A DNA stretch of 33,970 bases from Stramenopiles sp. TOSAG23-2 (Eukaryota): assembly GCA_900128395.1 (NCBI GenBank), contig LT649355.1, forward strand, positions 1 through 33,970. Reading direction: 5' to 3'. Of the stretch, positions 11,249 to 21,710 are shown piece after piece. Under the pieces are notes generated by a model that saw nothing but the letters and a program-made list of their open reading frames with translations, made no database searches and had not been told where the DNA came from. Made by a program: the position numbers and the translations under genes. The first letter of the stretch is position 1; every line of letters starts with the position of its first letter.

Positions 11249-14200
11249 ATGTATCAAGTAATATTTAATGTAAATAATAATAATAAATTATATAGGAGCA
11301 AGACATTTATTACAATATTAATAGCAACTTTATTACTTTCTATCACAAATACTTGTTTAGTCCGTGGTGACAGTGTAAGTAATAATAATAACAACAATAA
11401 TGTCAACAATGAAGAACAAATATTACCTATGGCAAAATCCTATTTTTTCAGTGAAAGGTTCAACAATGAACCAAGTGATGCTGATTTCGTGGAAGATCCG
11501 TCACATCAAATATGGTACATCGAGGGGAATAAAAGAAGACTAGTTGGAAGTTACCAATTGTTATTGGATTTATTGAAACAGGAAAAAAAGATTGAAAGTG
11601 ATGTGTTACAAGTCCGGAAAGACATTTTGTCTACAACAACAGTAGCAGGTGCCAATATGTACATAAACAGCAATGAAGATAAGAAAATAAAGCCGACATT
11701 TGCAATGAACCAAACCATACCATTTCATCCAAATTTTTCAATACAATATTCAAATCCTTTTAATTATGGATATGACTCCACCATGTTTTTTCAAATTTGG
11801 TTCTTTGAACCTCCGACAAATGGGCATCAAGCAATTTTTCATTCTCTTCCATCCGTATCAGAGACTTTATCTGTAGTGCTTTTTGCTATGCCAGGAAGTG
11901 TACCATCAAAATATGGAAATGGGAAGAAAATTTCCCTTTTTTTAGGTGTTTGTCATAGTAAAGTCTCAACAGCAAATGGAATTGGTAGCACTACCAGTAA
12001 TATTGAAATGAAAGGTACGCCTTTTTCTAATGCAGTAGATGCTCAACAGTGGAACCATGTATCAATAACGTTTACTCACGGAGCATTGACTCTATATGTC
12101 AATGGTAAACCTGGTGCTAGTTTCAATGTTAGTAAGTTTGGTTTATCCGGAGTAGCTGGTGGCGCGAAGGGAAAAATTTCTAGTAAACAACGTGCAATAA
12201 GCTTTGGACGATTTGAAAATCAAAATGGATTTTCTGGCTTAATTTCCAAAGGGAAGGCAGTGTTTGGGTGGAAAGGTGATCAGCATGATATAAATGATCA
12301 TATGAAGCAAACGCACATGAAGCCAATACCAAGATGGTTGTGCGATTTAGTTAAAATACAAGGAATAAAGAATACAGAAGTGTTCGAAAAAGCAAGGAAA
12401 GCATTAATTGCTGAAAATATAAAGAGTAATGCGAACGAAAATGATCAGAATGTGGTAACCGAAAGTAATAGTGCTGATACTGTAGATAATCTTGATTCAT
12501 TCAACATCAAAAATCGCGATTCATTATTTGATTTTGGGAGAGCATTTGCGTCCTTGACATCGATCGGTCATGTTAATGACGATTGGAGAAGTAATACAAT
12601 TAAAAAATATGTAAAAATTTTACATCTTCAAAAAGAACAAAGCCAGCAAGAGTATGCAAAGTGGTTTGAAACACCCCCAAAGAAAAAAATATCAGAATCA
12701 TTTAAAACGCAGGTATGTATTGAGAAAAAAACTGGCTGGTGGAACTACAATTATTGTTATCTTTCGACGACGACGCAAATACATGAGTCAAATGGCAATA
12801 ATGATAAGAAAATTGTATACAACTTGGGTCATTATTACTCAGCAGATAAGCCTATCATCCAAATAGATCCTTCTGATTTGCATATCGCTTGTAAAGAGGA
12901 GAGAAAGTTAGGCTGTCCTAATTTATTGTTTGAAGACACTGTGCTGATGATAGATTGCTTGTACTCTAAAATAAAAGAGGTATATATGCAAGGTCGTTGC
13001 AAATCGTTGGTTAGTAGATTAAAGAAGGAACCATTGATGATTTCGCACTCTCATAAAAATGGAGATAAATGCGACAATAGCAAAAGTCGAATGAGTGACA
13101 TAAAATTTGAGTGCTGTCCTGAACGTAGCGATCATAAACTTTCCCCAACTATCAGGAACGTTGTCGAACCTTCAGATTGTAATTACGTATGGACGATTTG
13201 CATTCCTCTGCTATGTAAACCAATTTTTTTTCACAATTATGAAAATGTTGTTGACGATAGTAGTAGTATTCATGCAAAAATGCCATTACAAGTACCGCCG
13301 AAATCATCTGGTTTTGATAATCAGAATCGGGATACAGGCAATACGAACATTTTTTTAAAGAGTATTGTTACAGCATCAAGCGCGTGGAACTCGCTACAGA
13401 TGGGTAAAAAGGCGATCGATGGAAAATTAAAAACCGAATGGAAGTCGCAATTAGATGATACAAATCCGACAATTGAATTTGAATTAAAAGAACCATGTAT
13501 AAATGGTGTAAAGCAAATTGAAATATTTTGGAGTTTAGCACCTGCAGCCTTTACTATTTATACATCAAAAGATGGGTTGAAGTTTGATGAAGTGACTAGT
13601 ATGGCAACCCAACCCGAGATGGGCCGTGTTGATGTTTTAGAAGGCTGGGCTTTGCCTAATGAATATTCTGTCACCAATATAAGAATTATAATCAGTGATA
13701 TTGGAACATATACTGCAAATTCGATAAAAGAAATAGTCGGTATATGTAAAAATTCCAAGATCAATATATCTCCTAAGGTACTCGCTGATAAAGCAAATAG
13801 TGAGAATATTGATAGTCGAATGAGACTAGAAAATACTGAAATAAGACATGGAAATGGATTGATGGAGGTGGAAGCAGCTTTAGAACGACTAGAAGATGGA
13901 GAAAGGGATTTCGATCTTGCCCATACAATTTGGATGCTTCAATTTATTACTAAACCAAAACGAAATATCAAGGCTCCAAACAACCGACACGATGAATCCT
14001 TTAAGAAATCATTACATGCATTAGCATACAATGTCTTAAAAGGCAATCAATGGCCATCTAATCGATTTCAGCACACTGACATTAACAATGGAAACAGTAA
14101 TAAGAACGAGGGAAATAATATACCCCAAGAGCAAAGCAGTTCACTTCATATCGTTGACGAGATAAATCACAACAAGCCATCATTTTACTTGGAACAATAT

Positions 14201-15808
14201 GATGTAGAACTTGCCGCACAATTATATCATGAAACAGCTTTAATAGTTATTGGTCCGGATCATGCGATGAAACAGCCAAAACCTGCTGAAAAAATATATT
14301 TGTCAAAGGCAACGAAGGAGCAACTAAAACAACATGCTGGGGAAGATGGTGATGTTGCAGTATATCAAAAAGATAAAGCAGAAGCTGGTGATAGGCATGC
14401 ACGGATGTGGATGGCAAGCCGATATTACCATGGTTTAAACGGGTTCGAATTAGATCGCGAACGGGCAGCTAATATTTTTCGTGAGGTTGCTGATGGCGGT
14501 GATGCGGAAGCAGCATATAATTTTGGAGTAATGCGATTAAATGGCCAAGATGGGCAACCACCGGATAGAAATGAAGCAAATAGATATTTCAATATGGCAA
14601 CGGCACATTCATTTTCCCCAGCATTGAATGGAATAGGTGCTCAACATATGCAAAAGGCTGAATATGAGAAGGCATTTAGTTATTTCTTGAAGGCGGCTGA
14701 GGAAATGTCACCAGATGGACATTTTAATCTTGGCACCATGTATCGTGATGGGCGTGGCGTACCTAAAGATCTTCGAAAAGCGTTGATGCATTTTGCAATT
14801 GCTGCTACGTTAGGACAACCCCGTGGAATGTGGGTGCTTGGCAAAGGCTACTTTTATCGCCAAAGTTGGCTAAATAAAATATCCATATCTGATTTTCATG
14901 AAAATGAAGAAGTAGTTGAAATTTATGGAAAGAAAAAGAAAAAAAATGTAATAATTACAGCAACAATAAAAAAGAATGAAATTATCTTGTTGGTAAACCA
15001 ACGCAAGCCATACTTGGTGCAGAATGTTACATTTCCCATTATGCGAGATGTAAAAATTGCATTAAAATATTTCAGAACTTTATCTGAACTTGGGTCTAGC
15101 ACTGCATCTAATGTTTCTTCCTTAGCATTAAAAGCATGGCTTGATGGACACCATGAAGAAGCCTCACTTTTGTATGCGGAGGCGGCTTCAATGGGTATAG
15201 TCGATGCATTATCAAATATTGCATGGATACAGAGATCCAAACAAAATACATTGACTGATATCGAAAGTCAAGACAGTTTTTCATTGAATGGCAAATGGAG
15301 CCAAGAACGAATAGCACACTTTTATACAGCAGCAGCAGCAGCAGAAGCTTCTGTAGAGGATCTATTGATTTTAGGAAAAGCGTATGAAGATGTAAAAATG
15401 AAAAGAGAGATTGTTCCAAAAATTTATGAGTTTGCTTCTCAACATGGTAGCCAGGAGGCAATGTTTAGATTAGGTGTTGCAGAATTAGAAAATTCAAATA
15501 TGACAAGTGCAATAATACACGTAAGTTAATTTTAGTATATATATGCCACACCAAAACCCTTTGCATTTAATTGTCTATTAGTCACCACACTCTAACATTT
15601 TTAATATATTTTTCATTCAATTCTCCACCGTTTTATGCATATGTAGTTTGATAAATGCATTGAAAAAGATGGTGTTGGTTCTATACCTTGTAGAATTTTT
15701 CGATATGGTGTATGGTGTTACCAGAATATTTACACTTCATACGATTTCTACCGTACGAAGGGCATTGAAGGGATAGCTTCTTTCCTTCTTGTAGGGTATG
15801 ATTTATAA
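11249..15808 (+). CDS. Multidomain SEL1L/Hrd3-family protein with signal peptide, LamG-like, OS-9-type MRH (with Cys-rich insert), F5/8-C discoidin and SEL1 repeats; exons 11249-15520 and 15647-15808, about 1477 aa
   Basis: Hydrophobic N-terminal leader; WNHVSITF..LTLYVNG (LamG); GWWNYNYC..Q, GDKCD..R..FEC, EPSDCNY...LLC (MRH); TASS..KAIDG...TEW.S (discoidin); repeated A..G...A.YN.G..Y..G (SEL1). Confidence 0.85.
15521..15646 (+). other. Spliceosomal intron (126 nt, phase 0) near the 3' end of the SEL1-repeat gene
   Basis: GTAAGT at 15521, CTAAC at 15592-15596, TAG at 15644-15646; downstream exon is open for 53 codons (FDKCIEKDGVGSIPC...GYDL stop) and completes the last SEL1-like repeat. Confidence 0.85.
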
Positions 15809-15928
15809 AATATTGACCCCGCGTTAAAATAATGATAATACGTTCATACCGTATAAAATGTACGAAAATGACAGTGGTATTTTTTTTCAATATTTTTTTA
15901 TTATATATAAAAGCTCTGCGCTGTGTTA

Positions 15929-16261
15929 TCAGTTTAATTTATATTTATCTAAATAGGTACGAAAATATTCTTTTCTAAGTTTCTCCTCTTTTTCTGCATC
16001 TTGTTTTTCCCAACTGGCAACTTTTAACACATTGTAACCATACCTTGAATCCCATAATAATTCCACATGTGTGTAATAATCTTTCACGCTTAAATAATGA
16101 ACGTTTCTAAGATATGGCCTCATACAACACAGAAAGACTCTAGCTTTTGCGTTATTTCGAAAATAATTAAACAACAAAAGATAAACAGCCATCTGCGGAT
16201 TTGCCCTTCCCTTTAAGATGGCAATGTCATATTTTGTAAAATTTCCACCAAATTTTTGCAA
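15929..16261 (-). CDS. Hypothetical short ORF or gene fragment (first ATG at 16192; the frame extends upstream across two TAA codons)
   Basis: 110-codon open frame with protein-like composition; no recognisable family. Confidence 0.3.
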   Translation of the reverse strand: MQKFGGNFTKYDIAILKGRANPQMAVYLLLFNYFRNNAKARVFLCCMRPYLRNVHYLSVKDYYTHVELLWDSRYGYNVLKVASWEKQDAEKEEKLRKEYFRTYLDKYKLN

Positions 16262-16769
16262 TTAGCCTTCGAACATTTTTATTATCATTTAGTCAATTAA
16301 TTCATCAAATGTTTCAATTCCGATTTTGTTTAAACATAGATGTAGAAAGAATCAAAAGGTTGATTAAATTAATAAGCATCCTAGATGTAGATAGAAGTAT
16401 GTCCATTAGTAAAATTTTTTACAATACAAACAAAGAAGTGGAGATGAACGACAAGAAGAATGATCAACGTATATCTTACGAAATTGATACAGCTGGGAAT
16501 ACTATGCTACCGGTAGAGTCACAAAATGATGATTTGGCAAAGTTAATAATTGAAAGTAAAAGGGAGTTTCTTGAATATCTTAAACTTTGAAAAAAATAAT
16601 AAGTTAAAATATATTACGGGGGGGGGGGGACAAATTACACCAATCATTTTTGATTTGAGATGTTAATGAACGGGAGTAAAAGACGTATAATATATGAGTA
16701 AGAGAACATTTTATATTCGTATGATATTAATACTCATAATAAAAAATATAATTAAATTAATATAAAAGT

Positions 16770-17318
16770 TTAAGGCGAAGCTTTTGCTGTTTTAGCATCA
16801 ATCTCCAAATCCATTTTTTCATCAACAATAGGTGTATGTAATGCTTTTGCTATGTCAAACCATTGAAAAGCTTTTGGTATATGGTCCGTATCTGTTGGTT
16901 CTATATCATGGTTCCAGTAGAAAAAATGATCAAAAACCTCATCTGTTACTGCAAAATTATTTGATTGTGCTTGTTGAAATCCTAAGTTAGCTCCACTACC
17001 AGACTGTTGGCGTAATATTATCCCGGTTACATTTTCTGGCAATTTCATTTTCTTACCTGCTAAACGCCTTCCACGAAATGACGCTTCATACGTACTATTT
17101 TCATCATCCTCCTTGACTTGTTGTGGAATAAAATATTCGCTTACTCGCGCGTGCCCGTCATAATGTATTTTACAAGGTAATAAATGAATATTTTTTTTGT
17201 TCGTAAATGTAGTATTTGCATGTTGATCAATATTATTATTGTTGTCGTTGTCATTCGTCTCTACTACCGTTGGTAGTGCTTTTTTGATATCTGCAGCTAA
17301 TATATGATCCGTCGACAT
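16770..17318 (-). CDS. RNASEH2C: Ribonuclease H2 subunit C
   Basis: IHLLPCKIHYDG..VSEYF, ASFRGRRL.G...LP...GIIL, F.YWNHD..P, W..IAKALH motifs. Confidence 0.92.
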   Translation of the reverse strand: MSTDHILAADIKKALPTVVETNDNDNNNNIDQHANTTFTNKKNIHLLPCKIHYDGHARVSEYFIPQQVKEDDENSTYEASFRGRRLAGKKMKLPENVTGIILRQQSGSGANLGFQQAQSNNFAVTDEVFDHFFYWNHDIEPTDTDHIPKAFQWFDIAKALHTPIVDEKMDLEIDAKTAKASP

Positions 17319-17560
17319 GATGATAATGGTTGTTGTTTATTTTTTGTGTTGTTTTATTTTGTTACTACTATTGTTTTCTTTCCTTTATCTTCAAATATAT
17401 ATATTTTAAAATATATTTATATTAAGTATAATATATATCTATTAGCTTACTTCAATTGCAATACATACTAGACTATACAAGTTAGTAACTTGTATAATAA
17501 TATAATATGAAATTATTAAAATACTAAATTCAAATTTCAATAATCACCGTGACCTCGTAT

Positions 17561-17650
17561 GTAGCAGCTGGATAGCCTGGATACAGTAGTCTACTGTACT
17601 GTAGCTGGATATAGCACGATATCCCAGCTGAGATTTCCAGGATTTCCAGC
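17561..17650. promoter_or_regulatory. CCAG/CTGG-rich cluster in the RNASEH2C/COG8 divergent region
   Basis: agctgg, gcctgg, agctgg, ccagct, ttccagg, ttccagc within 90 nt; similar clusters occur upstream of other genes. Confidence 0.45.
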
Positions 17651-17719
17651 ACATACTACTCGATTCCCTTCGTTCTTCCCTGCTACAGCCCATACCTTAA
17701 AATATGAGCGCAGCGAAGA

Positions 17720-18069
17720 ACTCGGCAAAAACTTGGCACTTGGAGGAATTTATAGGTTACCAAAATTTCTAAAAATATCTAAACAAACCAAATTTCCGCA
17801 AAAAAATACAGATATGATATTATACCTTTATATTTTGAAACATTTAATAAACTGAAATCCACTGATATTGTTTGTTTTCGACAGAACATGTCGGAGTTTA
17901 GAAGGTTAAAAGCCTAATTGTCTATTTTTATATCAATATATCCGAAATGTATAAATAATTTAAAGCTTGTATAATATATGTTTATATGATATGTTTTTGT
18001 AATATAAAAACCTTTAAAAAGAGAGTATTGGAATGTCGGACCTGTTTTGGTGCCAAGTTTCACTCGAGT
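17720..18069. mobile_element. MITE-like element, about 350 bp
   Basis: Terminal inverted repeat 16/20 identical with a perfect 11-nt core (aaacttggcac 17729-17739 / gtgccaagttt 18050-18060); non-coding AT-rich interior; no clear target-site duplication. Confidence 0.45.
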
Positions 18070-18535
18070 AAGCACATACCACATACCGACGATATTAAAT
18101 AAGTTTTATATTAATAGGTATAATAATGTACTGGTACACTACGCACCTACAAAATTCTGAGAGGAAAAGATACTATAATACTAGCATTATTCCAATTATC
18201 GGGAAAATGAATGAGAGTGATGATTAGCGCGATAGACTATGTGCATATGCCATACAGAAGAAGAATATAAAAATGTATAATTTTGAAATAATTTTGAACA
18301 CCAAAAAATAATAATAATAATTCTAGAATAATACTGATGTAATAAAAATAATAATTGCACAATTCAAAACAAGTTTATACTGTTTTAAAAAACATATAAA
18401 ATATTATTCTAAAGTCGAGACGATAGACACAATATATATTACATAACATATATATATATATATATAGCATAGCATAGCATAGTATATATTACTTATTATT
18501 TATTGTCGGAATCTTGTTTTAGTATATGAAAAACA

Positions 18536-20476
18536 ATGGAAGTAAGTGAATCTGGTATTAGTAATGCATATTTTGATAAAGTATCAAATTATTCATTATC
18601 ACGTTTACGTGAGGAACCAAGGAAAATAAATGAAGAATTGGGAAAATTAAAAATTGAAACTGAGGAAATGTCTGTACAAAATTATACCGCGCATATTGAC
18701 AATCATAGGTGCTTAACTGCTGGGATTAAAGGATTGAAAAGTATGGATAAAGATTTAAATGGATTTTCTGAAAATATAAGTGGAGTGAAAGAAGAAGGTA
18801 CGAAATTTTTAAATAATGCTGCACATTTAGTTGATAGGCATAAAGAGTTTCAATCAACTATGCAACAATATAATCAAATTTTACAATTGTTAGAAATACC
18901 ACAATTGCTCGATGCATGCATCAAACGACAAGCTTTTGAAGACGCACTTCGTTTAGCCGGGTTTGTAGAGAAATTGACCAAACGACATGGCGTTTTATAC
19001 GCTTCTGCCAATTCAGGTAATGAAAATGAAGGGCGTAACAAAGTGAAAAAGAAAAAAAATGGATTTGATTTAATTTTGAATATATGCAAGGATGTCAAAG
19101 AAATGATTGAATCGTTAAGAAGCGACTTAATTCATACATTAGGTGGTTCATTAACGCTACCTTTATGTGTACGTACTGTAGGTTATCTCCGTCGCGTCAT
19201 TGCATTGCTACATAAATTTAATAATATATCTCCATTGGACAATAATAATAATATTAATAATAAGAAGAAGAAGAAGAAGCAACGACGAAGCAAATATTCA
19301 TTTGAATCTGTACAATTAGAGAAAATATTTTTGACATCTCGTTCGAATTATTTAAGTGCTGAACTAGCAAAAATTAAGCAAGGGCAGCCAAGTGAATATA
19401 TTGTAAAATCAATTGAAAAGCGCCGTGTGATATTATGCGAAATTATGAGTCAATATAATGCAATATTTGTTGATGACAATAATAGCAATAACAACAAGTC
19501 GATAATTAGAAGTAACAGAGATGGTGAAGAAGAATCTAAAAAGAATGACTCTTCGACAATATCAAATGAACAACGTTTAATGGATTGGATTGTCCAGCAA
19601 GTAAATAAGACTTTAGCCATGTTGAGAAAATTTGTTGTTATGATTGATGATGGAGTTGCATTGTCAAATGTAATAGAGCAAGCCACATATATGGCTAAAA
19701 GTTTAGGGAAATTTGGTGCTGATTTCAGATCATTGCTAGTTCCAATTTTTCATAAACGTGTAATGAAATTGGCATCTGATTTCTGGGAAGATGCTATTTT
19801 ACAATTTCAAAAAAATATTAAAAATGTAGAATGGTTGAAAATTGATCTTAAATCTATTTTAAAAAGTGAAAAACAAAAATTTTTGGAAAAACACGAAAAC
19901 GACAATAATAACGAAGGAAAAGATAAGGACAGTAAAAATGTACGAGCACCACCACCTATTTTGCTCCAATTCCCATCTCTCGGACACTTTACAAATGCTA
20001 TAATTGGTTCCTTTAATGAATTACGTCATATTGCATTTTTATCTTTACGTGACAATTTAGCATCTCTATTTATAAATAAAATTAGTGAATTAATAGGTAT
20101 TGTCAAAGAATTAGATCCAGTAAAAGATACGCGAACGAAGAAAAAAATTTTAAAACGTTATCAACTGTATTGTAATTATGGTTTAAATGCATGTGTAGCG
20201 CATTTATTGATTTTATTTCAAAGTATTTACGGCGAAACAGATGCACGATTTAATAAATGGTATAAATTAAAAGCAAAGGAAATAAATAATAAGATGAAAT
20301 TTAATGATGGCAATCCACCATCATCAAATATGAATGCAAATAATAAAAGCAATGATAAAAAGGTTCAATCTACTGGTGTGAACGATGGAGAGAAAATTAA
20401 CAATGTTAATGATGCTGCTGTAGTATCTAACATCGATGGGAAAGATAGAGAAGATGAAGATGGAGATTTGATATGA
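18536..20476 (+). CDS. COG8: Conserved oligomeric Golgi complex subunit 8 (Dor1 family)
   Basis: LLEIPQLLDACI, L.LP.CVRTVGYLRR, SLGKFGADFR, PP..LLQFP.L..F.N....FNELR motifs. Confidence 0.92.
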   Translation: MEVSESGISNAYFDKVSNYSLSRLREEPRKINEELGKLKIETEEMSVQNYTAHIDNHRCLTAGIKGLKSMDKDLNGFSENISGVKEEGTKFLNNAAHLVDRHKEFQSTMQQYNQILQLLEIPQLLDACIKRQAFEDALRLAGFVEKLTKRHGVLYASANSGNENEGRNKVKKKKNGFDLILNICKDVKEMIESLRSDLIHTLGGSLTLPLCVRTVGYLRRVIALLHKFNNISPLDNNNNINNKKKKKKQRRSKYSFESVQLEKIFLTSRSNYLSAELAKIKQGQPSEYIVKSIEKRRVILCEIMSQYNAIFVDDNNSNNNKSIIRSNRDGEEESKKNDSSTISNEQRLMDWIVQQVNKTLAMLRKFVVMIDDGVALSNVIEQATYMAKSLGKFGADFRSLLVPIFHKRVMKLASDFWEDAILQFQKNIKNVEWLKIDLKSILKSEKQKFLEKHENDNNNEGKDKDSKNVRAPPPILLQFPSLGHFTNAIIGSFNELRHIAFLSLRDNLASLFINKISELIGIVKELDPVKDTRTKKKILKRYQLYCNYGLNACVAHLLILFQSIYGETDARFNKWYKLKAKEINNKMKFNDGNPPSSNMNANNKSNDKKVQSTGVNDGEKINNVNDAAVVSNIDGKDREDEDGDLI

Positions 20477-20482
20477 TAAAAT

Positions 20483-20672
20483 TGTGTGTGTGTGTGTGTT
20501 TGTGTGTGTCATCACGTGTACGTCGTACGTTCGTACGAGTACGAATATACGAAGTATATTTTTTTTTAAAATGCATGTTTAAATTATTCTCATTTATGCA
20601 CATATATATATATCGAGAGAGATTTATATATAGAGAGAGAGAGAGCGAGAGATCTATATATATATATATATA
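20483..20672. repeat. Microsatellite-rich 3' region: (TG)n, (TA)n, (GA)n
   Basis: Directly visible dinucleotide runs between the convergent COG8 and profilin-like genes. Confidence 0.8.
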
Positions 20673-20762
20673 TTATACGAATATATATTTTTTAATATTT
20701 TTTACTACGCGCTCGTAAATATATTATATTAGAATTATGCATCATAGATAAAAAATTATTTT

Positions 20763-21314
20763 TTAGATATCCATTGTCTTGACTTCTTTTTCAATTGCCA
20801 TTGCTATATTAAATGCATCTGAACTTTTCATGGGGGATTCATATAAACAACATAAAATCATTTTATTTATTCTGGCAACTATTAAACCACCACGATGTTT
20901 GCAACTACTTGCACATCTACAATGTATCCAATTATTTTTACAAGATACAATTAAATATTTTCGCATACTAATAGTAATATATGAACTTAAACTTTCTGGA
21001 CTTGGTTGCTGTTTTTCTATTTTCATCTCTTTTTGACGCTCAATTTCAGCTTCAGAGAAAAATCCTAAATCATAAACACGATTGACTAATTCATGAGCTT
21101 CTTCTTTTGAAAATGTTACGTCTTGCTCATCTACATCCTTTGTCTCTGAAAATAGTGCACTACCAATTTCTCCAATCCTAGTACAAACAAAAATGACAGG
21201 TCCTGTAATATGAAATTGATATTTCGAGGGCAACAAAGGGCGTAAATTCTTCATCAATTCTTTCTCATCGAATCCACTTAAATCTTTTACCATCGTATTG
21301 AATCTTGTTGACAT
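20763..21314 (-). CDS. Divergent profilin-fold protein
   Basis: C-terminal half ITISMRKYLIV...GGLIVARINKMILCCLYESPM....A..I follows the profilin pattern (G.KY.VI...GG....KT...I.IG.Y.EPM). Confidence 0.7.
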   Translation of the reverse strand: MSTRFNTMVKDLSGFDEKELMKNLRPLLPSKYQFHITGPVIFVCTRIGEIGSALFSETKDVDEQDVTFSKEEAHELVNRVYDLGFFSEAEIERQKEMKIEKQQPSPESLSSYITISMRKYLIVSCKNNWIHCRCASSCKHRGGLIVARINKMILCCLYESPMKSSDAFNIAMAIEKEVKTMDI

Positions 21315-21482
21315 GCTAATCTTCTTTCTTATCTATATCTCTATATATATATGTATATATTATATTAATACTATGATATATATTAATGATTACAATTTTT
21401 CTTCTTATTTTTCTTCTTACCGGTACAGTTGTAAATTCAAATAACAATAATTATAGAATAATAATAATTATTTATATTTTTT

Positions 21483-21634
21483 AAAAAAAAAAAAATAATA
21501 AAAAAAAAATAAAAAAAAAAAAAAAAAATTTTCATTTTAATTTTAACAAAAACTTTTTTTGTTGTTCCATTTGATTCCTGTCGATTCTATTTGAAAGGTT
21601 CTATATGGTTCCATTTCATTCTTAAACAATAAAT

Positions 21635-21695
<61 letters not shown>

Positions 21696-21710
21696 ATAAT
21701 AATAATAATA
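21483..21710 (+). repeat. A-rich tract, short degenerate 10-mer repeats, 55-nt poly(A) (21639-21693) and (TAA)n
   Basis: Directly visible. Confidence 0.85.

Noticed and set aside
16262-16291. TAA read as Gln (alternative genetic code)
   Set aside because: Well-supported genes in the window terminate with TAA at expected positions and contain no internal stops
21312-21325. 14-nt match (minus strand AGAAGATTAGCATG) to the U6 snRNA core
   Set aside because: The ACAGAG box and flanking U6 sequence are absent, and the match overlaps the start codon of the profilin-like gene; coincidence
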